From positions 1,736,001-1,800,000 of the forward strand of contig OZ374557.1 of NCBI GenBank assembly GCA_977862235.1: a DNA stretch of 64,000 bases. The letters run 5' to 3'. The translations under genes and the position numbers were made by a program. Shown here piece by piece: positions 1-11,108 of this stretch; position 1 is the first letter of the stretch, and each line of letters opens with the position of its first letter. Below the pieces are notes generated by a model. The model was not told the origin of the DNA. It ran no database searches and was given only the letters and a program-made list of their open reading frames with translations. The stretch comes from Dudresnaya verticillata. Lineage: Eukaryota.

Positions 1-243
1 CGCCCTTGGGCGCGCTACAGGTTTGGCGCTCCTCGGGGGGACTGCTATACTGTATTGTTAAAGCTCATATATCATCTTTAAGTCGTAACGCACGAATGAT
101 AACGCAATGGACACAAGTCTGTGGGGGTTTTATATACCAATATCTTTAAAGCTCCACAAGTTGCAGAGGTAATAGCGTCCATGAGATTAGTAAGAGAGCA
201 GTAGCTACTAGTCATCTCCTTTGATGTACGTCTGTGACGCGGT

Positions 244-1869
244 TCAGTTATAATTTTCCCTCAAACGCTGCATTTGTTTCTCGAAGAGGAATCGGTTGTA
301 CTCCTCTGTGAAGGCGTTGGAACCTTCTTTCAGTTTCTGTTGTCTGACCCTTGTCTTATGCTTCTTGGAGTTTACGTGTGCTTCCCATGATGCACTACCA
401 ACGCACTCAAGACTGCAGAGCTCGCACTTCTTCCGAACATCATCTTTAACCCTCTTTGGTTTTCGCCCCCACACCCCGGGCTGCGCTTTCCCACCACACC
501 CACGGCCTCCATAGTGGTGACGCTTTTGAGGCGGGTTATAATCGTCGAATCCCCATGACCTTTTCGAACCAAGCGCGTAGGACGCGGGCACGGGCGCGGG
601 TTTGGGCGCTGGCACGGGTATTGGCACGGGCGCCGGCACACTGTTAAGTCTCGGCACCCCCACCGTTTTTCGAGCTGCGGCATTCCCGCGCATGGTCGTG
701 GGTGGCGATACCAGACCAGGTCCAGATGCGGGCCTGGGCGCGGGAATGGGCACAGACACGGGCGCAGGCACACTGCGAGGTCGAGGAACCACCGGGCCCC
801 TCGTTTTGCAACCTGCGGCACTACCGCGCGTGCTAGCGGGTGGGGATGCCGGAATAGGTCCGGACTTGGGTGCCAGCGCGGGCACGGACGCCGGCACGGG
901 CACCGGCGTGGTCGCAGGCACACTGCGGAGTCGAGGCAATCCCGTTGGTTTGCAACCTGCGGCACTACCGCGCGTGCTAGCGGGTGGGGATGCCGGAATA
1001 GGTCCAGACTTGGGTGCAGGCGCGGGCATGCCCGCGGGCGCCGACACGGGCGCCGGCGTGGTCGCAGGCACACTGCGGAGTCGAGGCAATCCCGTTGGTT
1101 TGCAACCTGCGGCACTACCGCGCGTGCTAGCGGGTGGGGATGCCGGACCAGGTCCAGACTTGGTTGCAGGCGCGGTCGCTGGCACGGGCACGGGCGCGGG
1201 CGCGGGCACTGGCGCGGGCGCGGGCGCGATCACGGTTACCGGCACGGGCGCGGGTGAGGATGCGAGTGAACGAGTCGCATCACCTCCTCCACTATGATAC
1301 CCATCCTTCGAGAGCCTAGTTTCTTGTCCATCACCCGTAGTACCAGCTTTCTGTTTCCGACCGCTTCTCTTTCTTCCGCCGCGACCTCGAGACTTCCTTC
1401 TTTTTCCTCCTCCCTCCTTGCTACACTCAGAAATCACAACCCGTAAGTACTCCACGAGCCCCTTTCCACCGCGCGAGGCCCTCGCCTGCTTCCGGCACTT
1501 CTCTTCTTGAACCCTCATGGCCTCTATCGGCGCTTTTTGCACTTTGTACAAATCATATATACGCTGTGAGAAACCTTTCGGTAAACCAGGCGGAGCCGTA
1601 CAGACTGAAGAGGTGTTCAAAGCTCCACTGCTCGAGCTCGACTGTGGTACTCTCCCATCATGCAAATTCGGGCCAGCGGGTTCGCCGCTGCTAGAGAGAC
1701 GTTTTTGGGCAGACATCAGGAGAACTGTAGATACGACAAAACAGGCGATGCAGAAGCTCAGTTCCCTCTGGCACAGTTTGCCGGGGAGCTTTGCGAATGC
1801 GCGCGCCGCTGAGCGAAACCTCGAAGGGACAGCAGTCGGCAGGGCAGTCAAACGTTCTCTTCGTTTCAC
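244..1869 (-). CDS. Hypothetical Pro/Ala-rich repeat protein with a C-terminal C2H2 (matrin/U1-like) zinc finger; true start uncertain
   Basis: 541-aa ORF with CELCSLECVGSASWEAHVNSKKH (C-x2-C-x12-H-x5-H) near the C-terminus, a basic NLS-like stretch and internal 50-aa repeats. Confidence 0.55.
   Translation of the reverse strand: MKRRERLTALPTAVPSRFRSAARAFAKLPGKLCQRELSFCIACFVVSTVLLMSAQKRLSSSGEPAGPNLHDGRVPQSSSSSGALNTSSVCTAPPGLPKGFSQRIYDLYKVQKAPIEAMRVQEEKCRKQARASRGGKGLVEYLRVVISECSKEGGGKRRKSRGRGGRKRSGRKQKAGTTGDGQETRLSKDGYHSGGGDATRSLASSPAPVPVTVIAPAPAPVPAPAPVPVPATAPATKSGPGPASPPASTRGSAAGCKPTGLPRLRSVPATTPAPVSAPAGMPAPAPKSGPIPASPPASTRGSAAGCKPTGLPRLRSVPATTPVPVPASVPALAPKSGPIPASPPASTRGSAAGCKTRGPVVPRPRSVPAPVSVPIPAPRPASGPGLVSPPTTMRGNAAARKTVGVPRLNSVPAPVPIPVPAPKPAPVPASYALGSKRSWGFDDYNPPQKRHHYGGRGCGGKAQPGVWGRKPKRVKDDVRKKCELCSLECVGSASWEAHVNSKKHKTRVRQQKLKEGSNAFTEEYNRFLFEKQMQRLRENYN
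620..1200. repeat. ~150-bp coding tandem repeat, 3 clear units plus 1 degenerate unit
   Basis: Block ...gcaacctgcggcactaccgcgcgtgctagcgggtggggatgccgga... recurs at ~808, ~952 and ~1102. Confidence 0.9.
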
Positions 1870-2370
1870 CGGTACGAGAGAGTGACATGGGTAGTTGTAG
1901 CGGCTTGTGCCCCTCAGGTAGATTTAACAGCTGCAACTTTCCAGAAAGACTGCCTAGCGATAGGTGTAGGCTGCGGTGACCGCAGAGCAGGCGCTGCAGC
2001 AGCTCGGTTCCCTCTGGCACGACGTGCCGGGGAGCCTTGCCTATGCGCGCGCACCGCTCGCAGTGTACCTTGTATCTGATGCTGATAAAGTGCCCCCAAG
2101 CGCGGCTGCGATTGTTGTTGCGGATGTTGGATGGCAGGATGCGGGGAGGGCCTGGAGTGAGTGATGGACCCGGCCATGAGAGATGGGAAGTTGTGAGCGA
2201 GTGCGGTGGGCCAGTTGTGAGCGACCGCGGTTGTGGCAGTGGGGAGCCGGGGGGTGAGGGGGCGGCGGCTGGCAAAGCAGTGTGGAAAACCAGGCCCGAT
2301 TTCCATGCATGGCAAAATACGGTCGCAGGCGGCGCGTGGCGTGGCGCCAAAGTTTCTTGAAGCAGAGGAG
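1750..2370 (+). repeat. Dispersed duplication, copy 1 (copy 2 at ~5907-6625)
   Basis: 1755-2063 is near-identical to 5908-6361 apart from one extra module in copy 2; the flank cgg(t/c)gcaggcggcgcg...ggcgccaaa is also shared. Confidence 0.9.
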
Positions 2371-2760
2371 CATGCGCATTGGTCCGATTTGTGCAAACGA
2401 GCGCCCATTGGGCGGCTGTACGCCAAGTGGACCTTCGCTGTACTTTCTACGCTGTAAATCGCAAATTTCCAGAAGACAGGCTGTGCCCGAGAGCGCAGCT
2501 TGCTGGTATGCAGGTTGTTGATATCATGAAACTGCACAAGCAGCACCGCCTCACCCCCAAGGGCATGTCCACCGCGACTCTCATCACAACCATCGTCGCG
2601 TCGCATCGCGTACCTGAACACGTTCCCGCGCAGCACCCAGCCCGGTCCCGCCGGGTACGAACATTGCAGCGATCCATATCGTCACCGAACCGCACTTTTG
2701 CGGAGCCGAGCAGCAGCGGGAGCAATTCCCGAGTCCTATCACGCACAGAACGTCAACCCA

Positions 2761-3550
2761 CTAGCCGCCGGGCCGTTCCCCTCCATGTGGAAGAGGGAGC
2801 GCGCCCTTGAGCGCGCTACAGAGCTGCCGCGCACTGTGACATGGAGACTGCCGCCCACTTATCGCACTCTCTAGATCAGGTCTGGGAAACTATCCGCCGG
2901 CATTGCAAGCCTCATTGTCTACGAGTTGGCTCGCAAGACCTCTGGTAGCCGCCGGGACGTTCCCCTCCATGTGGAAGAGGGAGCGCGCCCTTGTGCGCGT
3001 TACAGGGCTGGGGCGTACTGGGACATGGAGACTGCCGCACACTTATCGAGCTGTCTAGATCAGGTCTGGGAAACTATCCGCCGGCATTGCAAGCCTCATC
3101 GTCTACGAGTTGGCTCGCGAGACCTCTGCTAGCCGCCGGGCCGTTCCCCTCCATGTGGAAGAGGGAGTGCGCCCTTGAGCGCGCTACAGGGCTGGGCTGG
3201 GGCGCACTGGGCACATGGGTACTACAGCCCTATTATCACACTGTCCAGATCTTGTCTGGGAAACTATCCGCCGCGGCGGCAGCGGCATTGCAAGCTTCAT
3301 CATCCACGAGTTGGCTCGCCAGATCTGCTAGTCGCCGGGCCGTTCCCCTCCATGTGGAAGAGGGAGCGTGCTCTTGTGCGCACTACAGGGCTGCCGTGTA
3401 CTGTGGAGACTACCGCCCTATTATCGCACTGTCTAGATCAGATCTTGGCAACTATCCGCCGGGGTCACAGGCGTCATCGTCGACGAGTTTGCTCGCCAGA
3501 ACTTTGCTAGCCACCGGGCCGTTCCCCTCCATATGGAAGAGGGTGCGCTC
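2761..3550 (+). repeat. ~185-bp tandem repeat, about 4 units plus a partial unit
   Basis: tagccgccgggccgttcccctccatgtggaagaggg recurs at ~2762, 2947, 3130, 3328 and 3508; bases 1-20 of the window match the same unit. Confidence 0.92.
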
Positions 3551-4989
3551 TATCGTGCGGTCGGCAGGGGCTGGTGGGCTTCCGAAGACGAAGCACGAAT
3601 CGTGGGTACTGTTGCACTGCGAGGTACCTCACGTGACGCGTCACGTACGCGTACGTCAAAAGTGCATCGCGCGAATCATATGGTTTGCAATTGCAATTGC
3701 GGTTAACCGACTCACGATTCTCGATGAATCCAACACAACTCCAGTTGGAATTGCAGCAGCTAGGTTACCTCTGTTATGAATTACCGGGCCGGGTCCCGGG
3801 AGCCGCGCGTATGCGCGTGCCGATTAGTATACTTTGCAGCTGCAGAAGTTTTAATAAGCGCGCGGCAGTGCGTGTTTGTGAGGGTTTGAACATAGGGCGG
3901 CTGTGTCCAAAATATGCCTCGAGGCTATGATCATATGAGTGGGGACGAATGTCAAGTCCGTCACCCAAAACGTTGCAATACAGTGCTGTGGCACGAGTGC
4001 GTCGTACTGCGGTTCTCCATGGAGCTCGAATATTTCAAGATGCAACATCAACAAGAGCAGTTTTGTAGATACAGCAGGACAGGCTGCAGCATGCATCAGT
4101 GGCTACAGCAGATCCGTTCCCTTTCTAACAGTGTACAGGGGAGCTTTGCGATGCAGGCACGCGCCGCTCAGCGAATCCTCAGAGCAGTAGAAGTCTTCAA
4201 AAGTTCTCGCACTTGCGCAGGCGGGAGAGTTCGAAAACGTGTAGACGAAGCGATTTGAAGCATTGCCGATGGGCGGCTGGGGTGGTTGCCAGAGTTGAAG
4301 GAGGTAGGTCCACAGGAGGCTTTGACAGCATACTAGTCTGCAACTGGGCGTTAGCGATGCATCCGGCCGATGATAGTGAGACTGTGACGACATCACACAG
4401 CAAAAGGTCGACCTTTTTCTGTGTGATGCCGTAGATCTGTGTGCACCATATTCCATATACAGCTGAACGGAGAACGGTGCAAGCGATGGGATCACCTCTG
4501 AGCATACACTGCAGCTTTGCGCAGCTTTGTTCCTTTTCAGTGCTATCGGAGTTGGCGGGCTTCATGGGGACTGCCCCACTGTTAACACAAGAGCGCAGCG
4601 TGAAATACTCGCTCACACATATCGCTTTCATGCTACCAAGCCGCTGACCAGCTCTCTTCATTGGAAGAGGTACCAAGGAAAATGTGTCAGTATGGGTATA
4701 CCCATATAACACGCAACTATAGCTATAGTTACGTGCAAGATATGCATACCATGAGGGGCTTAAGTCAAGCAATTGCGTTCCTGGCTGTGCGCACATTATG
4801 GACCGCAATGTGACTTCGTAGCGCATGATTCCTAGGCAATGGTTTATTGATACCATCATTAAAACAACGAAACAAAGGTTGTTTCTTTAACGTTAAGCAA
4901 AGAAATGCTTTACATGTAACGGCAAGTGTCAGCTGCTCCCTAAACCTCGCTATGGTATCTCGCAATTGCTCTTTACTCTGTTTAGTATA

Positions 4990-6023
4990 CTAGGTATACC
5001 TTAGAACTCTTCATACTCGTGGTAGAGCTTTCCTGGCTGGGTACATATGGCATAATCCACGGGTCGGGTGAGGGCTTGCATCTCTGCGCTGTGAATGAAA
5101 CTCTCAAACTTAACCAGCGCTTCGTTAAACTGGTCCAACATCTCACCAGCTCTAGAACTCGCGCCCTCCGGTCCCTTCGTGCTGTCATCCCCAGCCTAAT
5201 GACCAAACGCTCGCTCGCGAACACACTCCAAGAACCTTACGTGCTTGGGCATTCCCATGGTGCTGTACGATCTCAATACGGAGGAAACGTGAAACTTGTA
5301 AACCTCTTCCATCTTCCGCGAGTGGTTCATAACATCCTCGAACCAAGACATGAACTCGTTGGAGGTTTTCTCCTTCATACCAGTAATGAAGTCTTGGAAT
5401 GGAGAGCAATCGCAATGGCTGATAGGGCTTTCATGGATAAACTTCTGCACTTTCATCTCAAATGCTCTGATCTACAACTCTCTAACCTTCTTGCGGCGCT
5501 TTCTCGCGTTTCTACGCCTACCATCTCGCGTCCTCGCAGGCAGGTTCTTAAAGATGGCGTTAGGGAGTTTCAGTGTGTCCTTGAAGGCTTTGTCTGCATC
5601 ACGAATGGCCCTGTCGAAATATGCTGGGTTAGTACGACGCTGCAGACTCTTCGATATGCCGGCATCGTCACGTCGAAGACCCAGAGCAACATCCTGCGCC
5701 TTCCAGCCAAATCCTTTAGAGGGCACATGCAAACCGCTATTACCTGCATCGCGCAGAAGACGGTTGTCCACTTGACGCCGAACGTGACGCCCTTTCCCGA
5801 GATACGCTGCAGCAGGTTGAGTCCTATTACCGTTAACCATGGTGATCGAAGATTGAAGTATGCTTCTGAGATACTGCACTGTGCTGGTGTGACAATCGTC
5901 GGTAACGAAGCTCAGCTCCCCCTGACACCGTTTGCCGGGGAGCTTTGCGAATGCGCGCTCCGCTGAGCGAAACCTCGAACGGACAGCAGTCGGTAGGGCA
6001 GTCAAACGTTCTCTTCGTTTCAC
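4990..6023 (-). pseudogene. Degenerate ORF of unknown function, interrupted by in-frame stops
   Basis: ORFs 5472..6023 and 5196..5456 are in the same frame, separated by one stop, and the frame reopens after the next stop; no domain recognised. Confidence 0.35.
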
Positions 6024-6625
6024 CGGTACGAAAGAGTGACACGGGTAGTTGTAGCGGCTTGTGCCCCTCAGGTAGATTTGACAGCTGCAACTTGCCAGAA
6101 AGACTGCCTAGCGATGGGTGTAGGCTGCGGTGACCGCAGAGCAGGCGCTGCAACCGCTCGGTTCCCTCTGGCACTACGTACCGGGGAGCCTTGTCTGCGC
6201 TCGCGTGCCGCTCAAGCAGATGTCAAAGCGGCAACCAGCCGGAGAGACTGGCTAGCGATGGGGCCAGGCTGCGGTGACCGCAGAGCAGCCGCTGCAGCAG
6301 CTCGGTTCCCTCTGGCACGACGTGCCGGGGAGCCTTGCCTATGCGCGCGCACCGCTCGCAGGGTAACGTGGGTGGCGCTGAGGGAATGCCCACAAGCGGG
6401 ACTGTGAGTGTTGGTGCGGGTGTTAGATGGCGGCGTGAGCGGAGGGCTTGGAGGGTTGGGCCTCGTGATGAGAGATGGGGCTGGTGCACTCTTGTGTGCG
6501 ATCAGGGGGTAGTGGGGAGCGGGGGGGTTGGGAAAAGCCATAGAAACAGGCCTGGCCTGTTTCTATGAACAAATGCGGTTGCAGGCGGCGCGCGGTGTGG
6601 CGCCAAATCTTCTGAGGCAGAGGCA
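5907..6625 (+). repeat. Dispersed duplication, copy 2
   Basis: Matches 1750-2370 and contains three copies of the gctcggttccctctggcac...ccggggagc module. Confidence 0.9.
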
Positions 6626-8302
6626 AATATTGTCGCCCCCAGACATATTCGGCTACTATTCTGTTGTGGGCTATTCAGCGGACAACGAATGTGTTGTGTC
6701 GGCAGTCCGGAACTAGACTGGTCAGGTTGTCAGGTCACGGCGGCAGTTGTAGAAGTCTTTACGGCAGACGGAAGTCCATGTTGTGCCATCAATACTGACA
6801 TCAGGTTGCGGACGTGTTGTCACTCATGGCGATTGACGCTATCATTTTCTCGATTGGTTCTGTAATGATTCACATGAAACGCATGGCAGGTCCCACTTCT
6901 CGGGACCGACCGGCCTCAAGTTGGTAGGAAGCCGACAGGCCCACGGGGTGTCTTTCCCGTTACGGACCGGCAGAATCGCGCAGAGTGCAATTTTGGAAGC
7001 TAATAAAGTACGAAACTCAAAATGAACAACCAATTGGAATGCAGAGAGTTGTGATGAGAGGGAAGGGAGAAGAAATGGAATACGAACTCGAAGATAGCCA
7101 CTTATTGCATTGAATAAACGCAAGAAGCCATATAGACTGACATGCTGTACGGAACGTGCATATGAAGGAACTGTACGGCTTTCTGCGCGCCTTTTTGCTC
7201 GGCTTTTTGAGCCTGCATTGGAACTATTGAAGGTGGAGGGGACGAAACGAGAAGAGAGTGTTGCCAATGGGGGTTGGACAGGCCGACGAACGGTTTATGA
7301 TAAGAGTTGTGAAAGTAAACGGAAAAACAAACATTTAATGTTTCGTCCCCCAAGCACCTCGCGCGCCGTGGGGACATGCCCCCCTCAGGCGCCTTCTGAG
7401 AGCCCCACACACTGTGCTGGCGTGTCCATCCCCGAACTCCCTGGGACTGCAGTGTTGCGTCCAAACGCCTCTGCGTCATTACAGCTAGTGAGACGATACG
7501 CGATATGCATTATGCATTCGTGGGTGGTATATGACGGCGAACCGCACGACGGCGACCCATCACCTATTGGTGCCACAATAGAGGAGCCTTCCCATTGCTG
7601 TAATGAGAGGCCCCCTCCCTATCGCTCGGAAAAAGGGTTCGGCAGAACGGTAGTGCCTCCCTACAGTACTGAATAGAGACCCTTTGCAACAGTGATAATT
7701 AGGGGTGCTCTTTTCAATATCTCCAGAGCACCCCCTTTTTGGTATTTGGGTCTCGTATCTACGCCTCTGGGAGGCCCCTCCAGATCATACCTTTTTAGGC
7801 GTAACCCCTCTGTGCTTCTGGGCGACCCCTCCAAATCAGGTCCGGTTTTTGAGGGTCTCCTCTCTTCGCCTCTGAAATACCCTGTAGAGCGTCCCCTCAG
7901 TTTCTCCCTTCAGTGCCCACCAGAGAGCCCTAGAGCATGTGCCTTGCACATGCCTCTCTGCATGCAGCATTTGGGACTGTAATTTTAATTTCAGAGACTT
8001 AATATTGCACGGAACTGCGTTCACAGGTCAAAGCCCCTCCACACTTCAGTTCTAGAATCGCTATTTGGGGCTCGTCTAGGCCGCCGGAACAAAACGGCCG
8101 GACATCTACTCAAGAAAATAGATAACTTCTAGGCCGCCGAAAAAAACGACTTTGCACCATCGGGGCAGGTCAAGGTTTCGGCCCATTAAAGAAACATATT
8201 CTCAGGCCGCCGAAACATGTGGCACAAAACATTACCGTTACAATTCGTCTGGCAATTTGTTTCGTCCCCTGCTTCAAATTGGCCGTAATTAAGTACGCAT
8301 AT

Positions 8303-8821
8303 TGTAATTCAGTGAAGGGCTTACAGAAGTGGGCCCTCTGCCCGTGTGTATGCGCTGAAGTAGCGTTATCTATAGGGCGCCAGCACGGACAAGACTGGTA
8401 GCCTATGATTGGTCCAAGTGTCACCCTGCAGGTCAGTAGATTAGTATCTGCCTATTTATTTTAGAAATAATAGCTTAGGATAGGGGGCGTGTATATAGCC
8501 CAGTATGAGGGGTGCTGCCTGACAGTCGGAGTACCATATAAGGGTATCTCCCGTAGCGGTCACTGTACAGTAAAGGTAAGCACCCTCCGGCCCCAACTAC
8601 GTCTCCAAGCTATCGGCACCGCAGCACACTTGTCACCCGTGCCCGGTTAACCGCCCGCCCAGTGAACTACCTTCAGTATCGTGCTTCCAATCAGGTTACG
8701 TGCCCTCGTCTACCCTCTGGGTTCCTCCCGCTCTACCACCGCTACCAGGTACCCGCTCTGTGGCTTTCTCATTGAGTGCACTCTTTGAGTTCACAAGAGA
8801 CCTAAAAGGTACTTCCTTACA
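8303..8821 (+). repeat. 5' LTR, family A (519 bp)
   Basis: TGTAA...TTACA ends; roughly 93% identical by manual count to 18441-18905, which lacks a 54-bp segment; TATAAG at ~8537. Confidence 0.95.
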
Positions 8822-8823
8822 TC

Positions 8824-8838
8824 TGGTCTCCCAACCTA
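8824..8838 (+). promoter_or_regulatory. Primer binding site (TGGTCTCCCAACC)
   Basis: TGG starts 2 nt after the LTR end; a near-identical PBS is at 20337. Confidence 0.8.
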
Positions 8839-8936
8839 GAACTTCAAGGTTGGTGAGCCGTTAAGAGGACGACGAATATCGTAACCCAATTGGATACTGA
8901 AGAAAATCAACCCACCAAGGCCCGTGTTACTCCAAT

Positions 8937-11108
8937 ATGTCAACTCACTCTCAAAGTAGTTCCCGTCGTGGTCAGAAGGCGGAGCAGACCCCATTGGTAC
9001 CCCCAGTTGAGGATCCGGAGTCTTTGCTCCACCCTCCGAGAACTTCGGGAGTAGAACAAGAGGAACCGCCGGGTCAAGCATCCACCAATCCCGTAACAGG
9101 TAAACCCTTAGCAGGTCCTTCGAAAGAATTCGCAAGGCAGCCCCCGCTACATTCCAACCGTAACCATTGGGTCAATACTGATCTGATGCCCCGTCTGATC
9201 AACTGGCTACATGATGAGTTGACCCTTCGGTTACCTCAAACGGTTGAACCACTAGTGGGACACTTTCTAGAAAAACAAGGTCCAAGGACACTCTCAGAGT
9301 TTGCCGCCACGGCTACTGACAAGTTAGTCCAGTCATGGACCACTCAGCCGGACAGTAGTCCAATCTATGCGATGCTTACCGAAATTGTTCCCCCGTTGGT
9401 CACTCAGTCTCTCGAGGCCTATGGGCAAGTAGCGGACCCTTCAACTGGACCAAAGTATATACCCACAGGGGAAACCAAAGTGAAAAATAAGGGGGATGAT
9501 GTCGTCCCTCCTGGCATCGTTCTACCAACCAAAACTGGTGATACAAACAAGAAACCCGAAGGGGGTTTGTCGGACTCCGAAGGTAGTAAGAGTAACCGAC
9601 ACGCATCTGCGTCCAAGAAGTCTAAAAATAAGAAGAAGAAGGACAAACAAAAGAAAAATAAGAAGAAACATTACTCCTCTGAGTCTGACTCATCGTCAGT
9701 TACCTCAGAGGGTTCAAGTTCGGATGATTCATCCGATGATGACCGACGGCGTCGTCGCCGGTCGTCTAAACCTACAAAGGTCAGGAGGATTAAACCACCC
9801 AATGACCTATTTACCAGAGTGGTTAGCTTTCAAAGTTACCGATTGGATAACCGCTCAAGGCTTTAATCTTCGAGGATCTCTCGGAAAGTAAATACCTACT
9901 ATAAGAGGATGGCTATTCAGATGCCACCCTCTCTTTTTTTCGGGGGTAGACCCGATTAACATTTTGGGTTTCCTTCCAAGGTTCAAGGATGCCTGTAATC
10001 ACAATGATGTTCACGAAGGAGCAGCCGTTTGGTTATTTCAATACCTTATGACAGGAACCGCCAGAGATAACCTTCAGGCGAGGTTACAGACAAGAACCAG
10101 TATGGTTGTGGACTCCGAAGATGAGGGGGATCTATTAACAACGTACCCTGAAGGGAAAATTACCTTTTGGAAACTTATGCCACCGGTGGGGTTATCGCGC
10201 AAGCTTATGCTGACTTGATCTCGTTGCGACAGGCAGAAGGAAAAACGGAACGGGACTTCGCAGAGTTAGTGAGGGCCAGAGCTCGCCGATGCGGGTCGGT
10301 GTTTACAAAACACCGCCTCAAGGCGATCTTCGTTGACGGGCTCCTCCTGAGTATCCGTGCACCGGTTCGTAACCGATTGGCTTCCTCAAAGAGTTTATCC
10401 TATACTCAGATTGCACAATATGCACAAGACCTTTGGGAAGCTCATAGATGTACACGTGGGACGACAAACCTAAAAGGAAAAAGGGGAGTAATCCCCGTCG
10501 CCGCAGTTAGCTTCGAGAAACCACCGTCTCACTCCGTGAGTACGTCTACTGCTACCTCCGAGGGTTTGCCAGGAATGGAAGACCTTCATGAGGAGGAGAT
10601 TTTCCAACTCAGAGAAGACTTATCCACACAGTCTATGGCTCCCCCGTCTTCAATAACCACAGTGAGATCCCGAGATGGTGCGCCGATACGAGCATATTGG
10701 ATCTGTGCTAATCCGGACCGTATGGCCCATGAATGCCCATTGGTAACCCCTGCTGTTCGCGCTGGCATAATTGCTGCCCGAAGGCAGAACCTCTATGGGT
10801 TAGCCCGAACCCGAGCCATGCAAGGTAACCGACAAGGTAGCCCAGGGTCCACCTCCTCAACAAGTCATCCGGGCCCTACCCAGGCTAGACGCACGGGATC
10901 ACCCTCAGTGGAGCCCTCAAAGTCAGTGCAAGGAGTTATCATTACGGAAAACTTGGAGGAGGAGGCATACCGACGCATGCCCCCTCCCCAAAAATGCACC
11001 TTCCAGAACCTGTGTTGCGACCCGACACTATGCATAGCCCGGAGGGTGATGACTATGATGAAGTATGTTTACTTAAGAAGCAAAACTACAAAATGGATCT
11101 CTGGTTAG
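8937..11108 (+). pseudogene. gag: gag of element 1 (stops and frameshifts)
   Basis: Fragments 8937..9866, 9964..10218 and 10167..11108 parallel element 2 gag; degenerate zinc knuckle YWICANPDRMAHECP. Confidence 0.85.

Noticed and set aside
372..1297. Overlapping ORFs 372..1115 (-) and 602..1297 (+)
   Set aside because: Alternative frames kept open by GC-rich tandem repeats
5019..5966. 315-aa plus-strand ORF
   Set aside because: No motif; probably the shadow of the minus-strand degenerate ORF, although the coding strand here is uncertain
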